64,000 nt of DNA from an uncultured Verrucomicrobiae bacterium. GTDB taxonomy: Bacteria > Verrucomicrobiota > Verrucomicrobiia > Chthoniobacterales > Chthoniobacteraceae. Location: positions 1 through 64,000 of the forward strand of contig CAWHEP010000008.1 in the NCBI GenBank assembly GCA_963828525.1, written 5' to 3'. Below the pieces are notes generated by a model that was not told the DNA's origin, did no database searches, and saw only the letters and a program-made list of their open reading frames with translations. Below are positions 49,959-59,925 of the stretch, one piece after another. How positions within the stretch are numbered: the stretch's first letter is position 1; every line of letters begins with the position of its first letter. A program made the position numbers and the translations under genes.

Positions 49959-52900
49959 TAGGGATTCCCTCCTTGTTTCTCGTGTTTCGCCGCAGGTTCC
50001 GCTTCGAAGCTGGCGACTCTATCCGCTCCAGCCATCCTCGTGTTTGGATTTCGAACACGCGCCAGATAACTGACGCGAGTAGCAACGTTGAGATACTCCA
50101 ACAATCGGTAGTTGCGCTCCCGCTTCTTCAGCTTGGAAACTTTGCTGCCAGAATCCTCGAGAATATCACCAAAAGTAATTGCGCGGGCTGGGCAGGCCTG
50201 CTGGCAGGCCACCTGGAAAGTGTCGGCTGGAACACGAATGTCCGGCGATGAACCCGCCTTCACGCGCTGCGCGATCTTTGCCTCTTCGATCCGCTGTACG
50301 CAGAAGGTGCATTTCTCCATGATGCCGCGCATCCGCACGGTAACATTTGGGTTTTTCTGCATCTTCAGCGTATCGGGCGACCCTTTTTCCGTAAGAGGCC
50401 CAAGCTTTAAGCCACTGACTTCGCCGAAGAACCGCGTCTGCTGTGGAGCCACAGGACGCTGTTGATAATCAAAGAAATTGAATCTGCGGACCTTGAACGG
50501 GCAGTTATTAGAGCAATAGCGAGTCCCGATGCAACGATTGTAAGCCATCACGTTAAGCCCTTCTTCGCTGTGGACGGTGGCATTTACGGGACAGACGGTT
50601 TCACAGGGAGCATTCTCGCAATGCTGGCAAAGCATGGGCTCCATGAGCATCTCGGGGTCATCCTCATTTTCATCCCAGCTCGCAAAATAGCGGTCATTGC
50701 GGATCCAGTGCATTTCGCGCCCGTTGATGACCTGCTCTTTCCCAACGATGGGGATGTTGTTCTCGGACTGGCAGGCGACGACACACGCGTTGCAGCCCGT
50801 GCAGGTGTTCAAATCGATCACCATCCCCCATTGGTTCAGTCCCGTGAGAGGAGGATGGCTGTAGAGGGTGGGATTCTTGCCATGGAGTTCGGCATCCATC
50901 CACATCCGCTTCGCAAACTCCGGGTTCTCCCTGAAGTGTTCGATGGTGGCCTCGCGCACCAAAGCGCGTCCCTCCATAACGTTATGATCCTGAGTGATGG
51001 CAAGCGGATAGGTCTCACCCGTCAACTTCACCTTCGCGCCGACAGCAAAGTACGGCGACGAGGAGGTTCGCAAAGGATAGACATCCACACCCGAGCTCGC
51101 TCCCACCCATCCCGTTACTCTTCTTCCATACCCCAGCGGTATGCTGATCGAGTGATCGGCATGCCCGGGGGCGATGAGAGCGGCGATCTCGATTTTCCTG
51201 TTTTCGACGGACACTTCGATCTTGGCGAAGTCTTTTTGCCCGAATGCCTTCGCCTCAATCCCCAATTTCCTGGCGGTTGCCGGGCTAATCAGAGCGGCAT
51301 TATCCCAGGTAACCTTGGTGATGGGGTCGGGGAGTTCCTGCAGCCAGCCGTTGTTCGCGTATCGCCCATCATCCACGCTGGAACTTGGGATAAACACAAC
51401 TTCGAAATCGTCCTCGGAAAAGGAAGGAAGGTTTGCATTCTCCTGCACGTAGGAAGCTGCCCCCGCCGGATCGAAAGAGACTGGTTTCGCAGGCGAAGCG
51501 CTATCGGCGACAAACCCATCGTGGAGAAAGCGATTCCAAGCCGCGTCGAAATCCGGCGGGTTCATAAGCTCACGGAACGTATCCTGTATCAGCTCGGGAC
51601 CTTTTGGCTTCGGCAGCCCGGCAAACCGCGCGAGGATATCCAACTCCGACCAGCCATCAAAAAGCGGCATGATCATGGGCTGGATGGAAACGTAGGAACC
51701 GTCCGAGGCGAGACCATCACCCCATGCCTCCAAATAGTGCGCGGCGGGAACGTGCCAGTGGCAACCAACCGACGTCTCATCGACATGCATTCCCATCCGG
51801 ATAACAACCGGAACAGACTTCTGAAGCTTATTCCATTCAACGTCCGACGGAGCATTGTATGCCGGATTGCCCCCGAGGATGAATAGCGTGGTTACCTTCT
51901 TGCTGGTTATGCTGGCGGCGAGTTCTCCGAGGGTAATCCCTGCCTTGGCGGCAGATTGCCGCCCGTTAATTGTCGACCCCAGGTTCCCCAGCGCGGCATT
52001 GATGCCTCTAACCAGCAACTGGACAGCGGCAGGCTGCCGATCACCGATAAGAACGAGGGAGCGACCTTTTGCGCTGAGCAGGTCCGCCGCGACACTCTCA
52101 ATCCAGCCATCCACAAATTTCGCGGCGACCTGCGGCTGTTTGAACGCGTTGTAGAACGGCTCAAAAGCGGCTCCTCCCGAAGATTTTCCGATCTCTCTCG
52201 CGAGGGCGAATGCGAAGGCTCCGATCTGGCTGGCCGGGCATCGCAGCCGGTGATCCGCGACGCCGCCAGTGACGGTGTAGCGGTTCTCAACCACGTAGAG
52301 CCGGTTCATCTTCGCGTCGGCCTCGTCGACACTGCGCCGCGCGGCAAAAGCGCGATTTGCCGCTATGCTGCCAGCTTCGCAACCCAGGAAATCACAATCC
52401 AAAGCGAGAATTACATCCGCCTTTGACACGTCATGGGAGACATGCGCCGCATCGCCCAGCGCCTTCTCTGCTTCGTCGTTTCCGAGTGGCTCGTAAACGC
52501 ACCACTGGGCCTGTGGGTAGCGTTTCATCACAAGCTTGCGCAGACGCTCGCGAGAGGGAGAATTGTTTTCTTCGAGCAGGAAGGCCAGACCCGCTCCCGC
52601 GTTGACGTCACAGTTGGAAGCGATCTTTTCGAGAGAAGCGGTAAAATGCGAGCTTGTGGTCTCCATGCCCTCACGGAGGAAAAATCGGGCGCGATCTGGG
52701 TCGTAGAGATTCAGTATGGAAGCCTGAGCGAAGACATCGCTGGCTCCCTGGGTGACAGGGTGAAGCGGATTGCCATCCACTTTGGTTGGACGGCCATCGT
52801 GAGTCGTCACCACCAATGGTGTAGCCCCTGCCCTGCCGGGCATGGAAGTCGCGAAAAACAGAGGCTTCCCGGGAATAGCCCATTCCACCGTTTTTGTAAA

Positions 52901-53143
52901 CGGGACCAGATTCATCACAGGACGGTGGCAACCGGTCAGTCCGACACCCGCCAGCGCAGTGGAGGCTCCCATGAGCTTTATGAAGTTCCGCCTCGAGAGG
53001 CCGTCCTCAGCGAACTCGGAAGCGCCAGCCGGGAACTCGCGCGTTAACTGGGATTCAAAGCCGGAATCGGCCGAGAGTTCGTCAAGGCTGCGCCAGTATT
53101 TCTTGCCTTCGTCCGCTGGAGGATGGTGGAAGATTCGTTTCAT
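49958..53143 (-). CDS. actB: alternative complex III subunit B (Tat-exported molybdopterin-oxidoreductase-like domain plus Fe-S domain)
   Basis: YWRSL..L and [12 protein letters not shown]at variant. Fe-S motifs [35 protein letters not shown] and CTFC...CQQAC. Confidence 0.95.
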   Translation of the reverse strand: MKRIFHHPPADEGKKYWRSLDELSADSGFESQLTREFPAGASEFAEDGLSRRNFIKLMGASTALAGVGLTGCHRPVMNLVPFTKTVEWAIPGKPLFFATSMPGRAGATPLVVTTHDGRPTKVDGNPLHPVTQGASDVFAQASILNLYDPDRARFFLREGMETTSSHFTASLEKIASNCDVNAGAGLAFLLEENNSPSRERLRKLVMKRYPQAQWCVYEPLGNDEAEKALGDAAHVSHDVSKADVILALDCDFLGCEAGSIAANRAFAARRSVDEADAKMNRLYVVENRYTVTGGVADHRLRCPASQIGAFAFALAREIGKSSGGAAFEPFYNAFKQPQVAAKFVDGWIESVAADLLSAKGRSLVLIGDRQPAAVQLLVRGINAALGNLGSTINGRQSAAKAGITLGELAASITSKKVTTLFILGGNPAYNAPSDVEWNKLQKSVPVVIRMGMHVDETSVGCHWHVPAAHYLEAWGDGLASDGSYVSIQPMIMPLFDGWSELDILARFAGLPKPKGPELIQDTFRELMNPPDFDAAWNRFLHDGFVADSASPAKPVSFDPAGAASYVQENANLPSFSEDDFEVVFIPSSSVDDGRYANNGWLQELPDPITKVTWDNAALISPATARKLGIEAKAFGQKDFAKIEVSVENRKIEIAALIAPGHADHSISIPLGYGRRVTGWVGASSGVDVYPLRTSSSPYFAVGAKVKLTGETYPLAITQDHNVMEGRALVREATIEHFRENPEFAKRMWMDAELHGKNPTLYSHPPLTGLNQWGMVIDLNTCTGCNACVVACQSENNIPIVGKEQVINGREMHWIRNDRYFASWDENEDDPEMLMEPMLCQHCENAPCETVCPVNATVHSEEGLNVMAYNRCIGTRYCSNNCPFKVRRFNFFDYQQRPVAPQQTRFFGEVSGLKLGPLTEKGSPDTLKMQKNPNVTVRMRGIMEKCTFCVQRIEEAKIAQRVKAGSSPDIRVPADTFQVACQQACPARAITFGDILEDSGSKVSKLKKRERNYRLLEYLNVATRVSYLARVRNPNTRMAGADRVASFEAEPAAKHEKQGGNP

Positions 53144-53793
53144 CGGTGACACCCCTGGCAATTTTCAGGCGGATTCACGTTCCACCGTTTCTTCAAGTCC
53201 AGGCCGATCTCCTCCTGAGTCTGTCCCGACGGCGGTGTCCAATCGAGATTGAAGACCTGTTCCTGAGGACGGAGGTGGTTCTCGGGGGCTCGATGACAAT
53301 CCAGGCACCAGCTCATGCTGAGAGGCTTGCGTTCGCCGACAACATCCATGTGGTTGATGTTCCCATGGCAGCTATAACAGCTGACGCCGCGATTAACGTG
53401 AGCCGAGTGGTTGAAATACGCGTAATCCGGGGTTTTATGAATCTGCACCCACTCAACGGGCTGGCCAGACGCCCAACTCTGCCGAACCGGGAGAAGCTTG
53501 GGATTCTCCTTTTGCACCTGCGAATGGCAGTTCATGCAGGTCTGTGTGTTAGGGACATTCGAATGGGCGGCGACCTCGACGAAGCTGTGGCAGTAGCGGC
53601 AGTCCATCCCCAATTGAGAAACGTGGATGTCGTGAGGGAATGGGACTGGCTGAACCGGGGTGTATCCGACGCGAACGTATTTTGGGGTGAAGTAGTACCA
53701 AACCACGGCGGTCAGCAATGTGCCGATGACACAAAGGCACACGAACAATTTGATCGGGAGCAGATTGCTCCATCGAGGAAAAAAATTGGCCAT
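53140..53793 (-). CDS. actA: alternative complex III subunit A (pentaheme cytochrome c)
   Basis: TM helix, QPVPFPH..H and five CxxCH motifs (CRYCH, CMNCH, CYSCH, CLDCH, CQGCH). Confidence 0.95.
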   Translation of the reverse strand: MANFFPRWSNLLPIKLFVCLCVIGTLLTAVVWYYFTPKYVRVGYTPVQPVPFPHDIHVSQLGMDCRYCHSFVEVAAHSNVPNTQTCMNCHSQVQKENPKLLPVRQSWASGQPVEWVQIHKTPDYAYFNHSAHVNRGVSCYSCHGNINHMDVVGERKPLSMSWCLDCHRAPENHLRPQEQVFNLDWTPPSGQTQEEIGLDLKKRWNVNPPENCQGCHR

Positions 53794-54072
53794 CTAGGTT
53801 AGGTCATCCTGGCCGGGAAGATACGTTCTAAAAAGGTTCAAAGGTGCAGGCTCCGCAAAAGGGAGCAACGTTTTCATGGATAACTCGGCTCGTGTCAACA
53901 GTATGCTCTCGATTATTTCGCACAAATGCGGCGTCCAAGGGAGGCCGTCCAGTGGCGCGCATTTTTTTGTACAGTCCCCTCCCCTTGCAAGAGGAAAAGA
54001 GAATTTCTTTCCGGACTGCGAAGCATGTTTGCTCGCAGCGCCTCGCGCCCGGGCGCCCTGAGAAAAAGCGGG

Positions 54073-54456
54073 CTATTCCCGATTCTTGCGGGCGGCAACC
54101 ATCTGGTCGTGAGCAGCCTCGTCCAGACCTTCGGAGACGAGTTCCTCTCCGAGGGACTGATCGTCGGGAAGTCCGACATTCGGCACATGACAGCCTTGAA
54201 TCCCTACTGGTTCATCCCTCTCTGTGAGGCTTGCCACCACGTCGGCGGTCTCCTCAGGCGCATCCTCGGAGTCATTGCCAAGCAATTCGTCTTTCGCCTG
54301 ACGGAGATCCTCGTCCGTGAAAGCGCTCGCCGACCTGCCCGCGATAGCGGCAAGTTCGCGGGCGCGCTCTTCCACCAACTCAGGAGACGGCACCCCCAAT
54401 CCGGCGGACGCGGTCGAAATCTTCCCGTGGGTCTCAGGATTCTTTAGTTCGTTCAT
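54073..54456 (-). CDS. small acidic hypothetical protein (DUF2934-like N-terminal half)
   Basis: VEERARELAAIAGR...D..QAKDELLG resembles the DUF2934 pattern. Confidence 0.55.
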   Translation of the reverse strand: MNELKNPETHGKISTASAGLGVPSPELVEERARELAAIAGRSASAFTDEDLRQAKDELLGNDSEDAPEETADVVASLTERDEPVGIQGCHVPNVGLPDDQSLGEELVSEGLDEAAHDQMVAARKNRE

Positions 54457-54650
54457 ATGTAAAAGGGTATCGCGCGACGAGCTTCATTCGTGCTTCCGTA
54501 AGGGCCATTTTTGCGTGAGCCCGCAAGATGGGACGGCTCTGCGCCCCCAGAGCAGATTGGCTCGACATCGTTCTCGAAACCGGCTAGCTGCCTTTTGCGT
54601 CCGGAGTTTGGCTATAAGCGTAACGTCACTGGCCGAAAACCCGCCTCCTA

Positions 54651-55223
54651 ATGATATCTGACTTACTGAAAGAACGATGCGCGCTCTTTGCGGCAGGCGC
54701 GCTTACTGCTGCTGAGCGCGAACAATTCGAGATCATTGTGGAGTTCCATCCTGAGGTGAGGCAGTTCCTTGCCTGGGTTGAAGAAGCAGCGGTCGCCATT
54801 GTTTTGGCTCACTTGAACGAAAGAGAAGCGCGGCCGGCAAACCTTCTCAAGACCAAGATTTTAGGTTCGCTGCGCGAACAAAGGTCCGAACGACCAGCTG
54901 AGAGCTTCGTGATGTGCGAGAAAGATGGCCTCGTGCAGTGGGTGAATCCCGCGTTCACCTCGATGTGCGGATACACCCTTGAGGAACTCCGAGGCAAAAA
55001 TCTCGGCCCAATCCTGCAGGGTGAAGGAACAGACGCCGCAACTGCCGAACGGATGAGAAAAGCTGTTCGCGCGCAGCAGCCATGCCAGGAGACAATCCTC
55101 AATTACCACAAGAACGGGAACCCGTATCTGGTAGAGATCGCCATCACTCCGATTCTAGACAGCACCGGTGAAGCGCTGTGGCTGATAGCGACAGAGCGAG
55201 AATGTTCAGAAAAGCAGGTTTAA
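54651..55223 (+). CDS. putative soluble anti-sigma factor: RskA-like N-terminal domain fused to a LOV-like PAS domain
   Basis: N-terminal ALFAAGALTAAEREQFE...P..LKTKIL, then VNPAFTSMCGYTLEELRGKN...LQGEGTD...NYHKNG...ITPI. Confidence 0.75.
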   Translation: MISDLLKERCALFAAGALTAAEREQFEIIVEFHPEVRQFLAWVEEAAVAIVLAHLNEREARPANLLKTKILGSLREQRSERPAESFVMCEKDGLVQWVNPAFTSMCGYTLEELRGKNLGPILQGEGTDAATAERMRKAVRAQQPCQETILNYHKNGNPYLVEIAITPILDSTGEALWLIATERECSEKQV

Positions 55224-55229
55224 TCCGCC

Positions 55230-55808
55230 TCAGGCGCGAGGACCAACCAGGTCGCGGAGCTTCATCATGCCGCGCCGGATGCGAGCCTTTATAGTGCCAA
55301 GCGGCTCTTTAAGGCGCTCAGCGATTTCCATCTGCGTCATCGAAGAGAAGAAGGCCATCTCTATTGCCTGACGCTGGTCGGGGGATAGTTTCTGAAGCGC
55401 CTCACGCACAAGCTGGTTTGCCTCACCCGACGCCACTGTATCGAACGAGCTCTTCTCGTCGGAGAAGTTTCCCAGCGCTTCCGATTCAGCCTGCACTTCG
55501 TCTCTGAGCCGATTGCGCCGCTGAATGGATCTGAAGCGATCTATGGCTTTGTTTCGGGCAAGTGTCACTGCCCATGTCAGAGGTTTGCCGCGAGTAGAGT
55601 CGTAAAGTGGCGCCTTCTCCCAGATTTGAATAAAGACATCCTGGAGAACATCTTCCGCGGCTTCCTGGTTGTTCAGCACGCGGTAGGCGGTTGAAAACAA
55701 CACACCCGAAAAGCGGTCGTAGAGCGCCTCGAAGCTGGCGCGGTTTCCAAGCCCAATTTGCTTCAACAGCTCGATCTCGGCTTCGAGTTGTCCTGGGTCA
55801 GGCTCCAT
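55230..55808 (-). CDS. ECF RNA polymerase sigma factor (SigK-like)
   Basis: AEDVLQDVFIQIWEKA, W..TLARNKAIDR, and region 4 L...QRQAIEMAFF..MT..EIA..L..PLGTIKARIRRG. Confidence 0.93.
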   Translation of the reverse strand: MEPDPGQLEAEIELLKQIGLGNRASFEALYDRFSGVLFSTAYRVLNNQEAAEDVLQDVFIQIWEKAPLYDSTRGKPLTWAVTLARNKAIDRFRSIQRRNRLRDEVQAESEALGNFSDEKSSFDTVASGEANQLVREALQKLSPDQRQAIEMAFFSSMTQMEIAERLKEPLGTIKARIRRGMMKLRDLVGPRA

Positions 55809-55970
55809 GGTGTCCAATGATGTCGTAACCGGAAGAGATGTAAATAAGAAGCGCTTTATCTGGAGGTGACCAACGGCCGCGGGAGGCGCAGGGAATTTGC
55901 CCCTCGATTTTACGGGTATAGACACCTACATATCTTCCCGAAGGCGGAAACGCCGATCTCCAGAACACCC

Positions 55971-57419
55971 ATGAAGCAACTGAACGACCGCGCGCGGGGC
56001 GATGGCATAATCAAAACCCTGGTGCTTGATACATCTGTATTAATTCACGACCCGCAGTGCCTTACAAAGTTCAAGAATAACAACGTCTGCATCTGTTCGG
56101 AGTCGTTGCAGGAACTGGACAAGCTCAAGACTGAGCCTTCTGAACGCGGATCGGCGGCGCGCGAGGTGCAGCGAAGAATGCTGAAGCTGTTCGGGGACGG
56201 TTCCATGACGGAGGGAGCCCGTACCGCGGGTGGAGGCCGTTTGTTCGTTTCCGTAAACCGATATCTCGTCGAAGGCATCTCCACACCAGGCATCAAGAAG
56301 CTGCTGGCGGCAGTCGGCGACCTGAAGTCGATGGACAATAAGATCCTGGCAAACGCGATCTTCGTTTCCGAGAGCACTCCCCCGCCGGTCATAGTCGTGA
56401 CGAAGGATCTCAACATGCGGCTGAAGGCGGGTTCAGTCGGGATGGAAGTGGAAGATTACAGAAACGACCGGGTGGAACCGGAGAGCGAAGACTGGCACCG
56501 CAAGGTAAGGATAACCGCCGCGGATATGCAGCGTTTTGCATCCATCGGAGAGATCATCCTCCCGCGGGCAAGGGTGAAGGATCTCCTGGTGAACGACTAT
56601 GTCGTGCTGGATGACGGCAAGACTATACCCGCGCGTTACCTTGGTTCCGGACGCTTCGCGCGGTTGCACGGCGGCGAGGGAATATCGGTTCCCGACGGCG
56701 CTCATGTGCGCGCTCTGAATATCGGGCAGCAGTTCATGCTGGACGCGATGCTGGACCCTAACGTAACGCTGCTGACGGTCTCAGGTCCCGCCGGAACGGG
56801 AAAAACGCTATTATCTGTGGCTGCCGGCCTGGCAATGATCGCGGGACGCCAGTACGATGGGATGAGCATCACGCGGCCTGTCGTTTCGATGGGTGGGGGA
56901 ATTGGATTCCTACCCGGCAGCCTGCAGGAAAAAATGGCGCCGTGGCTGCAACCGTATTTCGACGCGATCACCTTCCTTCTCTCAAGACGCGAAGGCAAAG
57001 GGGGCAGGCCGCAGAGCGATCGAAAGGTCAGGCGGGAAGAAGAGAAGCAGCGTGGCAACGCGGGAGGTCCTCCGCACACGAGGAAGCCCTACGAAAAGCT
57101 ACTGGAAGCCGGGCTGTTGGAAATCGAGGCTCTGTGTTACATCCGTGGAAGGTCGATCCCTAACCGGCTATTCATCCTGGATGAAGCGCAGCAGTTGACC
57201 CCGCTGGAAGCCAAAACGGTAGTGACGCGTATCAGCAAGGGCTCGAAACTGGTGCTATTAGGGGACACCGCCCAAATCGACAACCCGTACGTTGACGCCT
57301 TAAGCAATGGGCTCGTCTATACGCGAAATAAGTTGCGAGGACAGGAGATGACCGCGCACATCACGCTCAGCAAGTGCGAGCGCAGTCCTCTGGCGGAAAA
57401 AGCGGCAGAATTAATGTGA
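55971..57419 (+). CDS. PIN-PhoH family protein (PhoH2-like)
   Basis: PIN motifs VLDTSVL, ELD.LK, DNKIL and TKDLNMR. ATPase motifs GPAGTGKT, GFLPG, IRGRS and DEAQ. Confidence 0.92.
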   Translation: MKQLNDRARGDGIIKTLVLDTSVLIHDPQCLTKFKNNNVCICSESLQELDKLKTEPSERGSAAREVQRRMLKLFGDGSMTEGARTAGGGRLFVSVNRYLVEGISTPGIKKLLAAVGDLKSMDNKILANAIFVSESTPPPVIVVTKDLNMRLKAGSVGMEVEDYRNDRVEPESEDWHRKVRITAADMQRFASIGEIILPRARVKDLLVNDYVVLDDGKTIPARYLGSGRFARLHGGEGISVPDGAHVRALNIGQQFMLDAMLDPNVTLLTVSGPAGTGKTLLSVAAGLAMIAGRQYDGMSITRPVVSMGGGIGFLPGSLQEKMAPWLQPYFDAITFLLSRREGKGGRPQSDRKVRREEEKQRGNAGGPPHTRKPYEKLLEAGLLEIEALCYIRGRSIPNRLFILDEAQQLTPLEAKTVVTRISKGSKLVLLGDTAQIDNPYVDALSNGLVYTRNKLRGQEMTAHITLSKCERSPLAEKAAELM

Positions 57420-57420
57420 T

Positions 57421-57756
57421 ATGGGCGCGGAGCCAGGAAAGAGGAGCAACCCCATCCTCACCGGACTGCGGTCGGCAGCCATTCTCGCCGCTTTGGCAGG
57501 ATTTCTTTACTTCCTCAGTTTGCTGGCATACAGCGCATTTTTCCTTGGCGCGAGACTGACGCATTCAGTGCCAGCGGCTCGCGCTTTCGACGCGGTTGGA
57601 GCAGTGTTCCTGTTTCCGGGGAATTTCGCCCTTAGAAAGATGCCAGCGTATCTCGTCTCGTTGCCTTCCGTGATCGTTCCTGTAAACGCGGCGATCTGGC
57701 TGCTGATGATTTGCGCGGCGCTGCTGTTCTCCGGAAAAAATAAGAGCGGGTCGTGA
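57421..57756 (+). CDS. small membrane protein
   Basis: Hydrophobic 111-aa ORF starting right after the PhoH stop. Confidence 0.55.
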   Translation: MGAEPGKRSNPILTGLRSAAILAALAGFLYFLSLLAYSAFFLGARLTHSVPAARAFDAVGAVFLFPGNFALRKMPAYLVSLPSVIVPVNAAIWLLMICAALLFSGKNKSGS

Positions 57757-57864
57757 GGCGTCGATAGCGCGCCATCCGGCTGGCGGCTGAAAAAATGCAT
57801 CCTTGAAGGTGCTGCCACGCGAATAAACAGGCGTGAAACAAGCGGTCGCACCGTATATACTTCA

Positions 57865-58852
57865 GTGAGTTCAATACCGCTCCGCGACTTTGGGAAGACA
57901 GGGGTCAAGATATCGGCGCTCGGTCTCGGTGGGCACCATCTGGGTGACGCTGCCGATGAAGGGACGGCGAAACTGATCGTGAAGGAAGCTGTCGAAGGAG
58001 GGATAACCTTCTTTGACAACTGTTGGGAATATAACCGTGGCAAATCCGAAATATGGATGGGAGCGCTTTGAAGGGGATGCGGGACAAAGTCTTTTTAATG
58101 ACGAAGGTCTGCACGCATGGCCGCGATGGCCGGCCTGGCTATGCAGATGCTCGAGGAATCCCTCCGCCGCTTGAGGACTGACCATCTCGATTTGTGGCAG
58201 ATCCACGGTGTCACGTTCGACAACGATCCAGACCTGTTCATACGGAAAGGCGGAGCCGCTGAGGCATTGGCCAAAGCGAAGCAGGAGGGGAAGGTCGGTT
58301 CGTGGGTTTCACGGGCCACAAATCCCCGCAAATTCACCTAAAGATGCTGGCGACGGGCTTCCCATTCGACTCGGTGCAACTGCCCTCTAAATGCCTTTTG
58401 ACGCGAGTTTTCAGAGCTTCGAGCAACAGGTCTTGCCTGAACTCAGCCGCAGGGGGATTGCCGCCGCTGGGGATGAAACCGATGACCGGCAAGGCGGAAC
58501 CGCTCAAGAAGGTCATCCTTTCTCCGCAGGACGCATTGCGCTACGCCATGAGCCTGCCGGTGGCAACGACGATCACCGGAATGGACAAGTTGGAAGTTCT
58601 CCGCCAGAACCTCAAGATAGCGCAGGGCTTCCAGCGAATGAGCGCCGAGGAGATGGACAGAGTGCGGAACGATTGCAAGGCGCTGGCAGCGGATGGCCGC
58701 TTCGAGCATTACAAGGTCTCTTTGCAGTTCGACAATCCGGAAGCGCGCCTGGCCCACGGGTTCCCTATAGATTCCGATGTCGAAAGAGACCAAAGAGATG
58801 ATGAAGGAAACCGAAGAATACGGGCCGCCCCTTTCCAACAGTTCCCGCATGA
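57865..58852 (+). CDS. aldo/keto reductase (no signal peptide; multiple frameshifts)
   Basis: GKTG.KISALGLGG, FFDNCWEY, LMTKVC, SLRRLRTDHLDLWQIH and GFTGHK motifs. Confidence 0.85.
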
Positions 58853-58867
58853 ACGAAGAAAACAGCC

Positions 58868-59925
58868 ATGAAGCGGAAGCCCGTGGAAGTAAACCGGAGG
58901 AACTTCGTGAAGGGCGCGACATTCGCTGGCGCGGCCGCCTTGATGCCCGCTGGCATGGCATCGACCAACGCAGTCACAACTACCAAAAGCGCGGAGGGAG
59001 GCCAGGTTCCGAAGAAGGCGCTTGGCAAAACCGGGCTCGAAGTTTCGGCGCTTGGAGTGGGAGGGTTCCATCTGGGCACCGCGACGGATCAGGCGGAGGC
59101 CAGTGAGATCGTGAGCAGATCGCTGGATGCCGGGGTGAATTTTTTCGATAACGCTTGGGAGTATCACGAGGGCGAAAGTGAAAACCGCATGGGTCAAGGC
59201 GCTTAAAGGCAAGAGAGACAAGGCTGTCTTGATGACAAAGGTCTGCACACATGGCCGAGGCAAGGATGTCGCAATGAGGATGTTGGAAGAGTCTCTCAGC
59301 CGTCTGCAGACGGATTACCTGGATATCTGGCAGATTCACGAGGTCGTCTACTTCAACGATCCGGACCTCATCTTCGCTCCCGGCGGCGCGGCTGAGGCGC
59401 TGTTGCTGGCAAAGCAGCAGGGCAAAGGTGCGATTCATCGGATTCACGGGGCACAAGGATCCTGCCATCCATCTCAAAATGCTTGGGCACGACTTTCCCT
59501 TCGACACAATTCAGATGCCGCTGAACTGTTTCGACGCTACTTTCCGGAGCTTTGAGCAGCAAGTGATGCCGGAAGCAATAAAGCGAGGTATCGCGGTTTT
59601 AGGGATGAAGAGTCTGGGAGGAAGTGGAGAGATGGTGACGAGCGGCGCGATTATTGCCGCGAAGAAGGTCTCCGCTACGCGATGAGTCTGCCAGTCTCCG
59701 ACCACAATCAGTGGGATGGACTCGCTCGCCGTTCTTGAACAGAACCTCGCCGTAGCCCGGGACTTTAGGCCGATGACCGATGACGAGATGGATGCGTTAC
59801 GGGAGCGTTGCCGCGCGAAAGCGGGCGACGGGCGCTATGAACGTTTCAAGACGACCAAGCTTTACGATGGCGATCTCGGCAGAGAAATGCACGGATATCC
59901 CCCCGCCAAGGAATTACCTATTTAG
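58868..59925 (+). CDS. aldo/keto reductase with twin-arginine signal peptide (multiple frameshifts)
   Basis: NRRNFVK Tat motif, FFDNAWEY, LMTKVC, LQTDYLDIWQIHE, GFTGHK and GMKSLGG motifs. Confidence 0.87.

Noticed and set aside
50462..51886. Long antisense ORFs (this 474-aa one and others such as 7785-8909, 10684-11625, 61655-62584)
   Set aside because: They are shadow ORFs opposite well-supported genes in a high-GC genome and have no recognisable motifs.
54880..55223. Blue-light LOV photoreceptor
   Set aside because: The adduct-forming Cys motif (GxNCRFLQ) is absent, so it is kept only as a LOV-like PAS domain.
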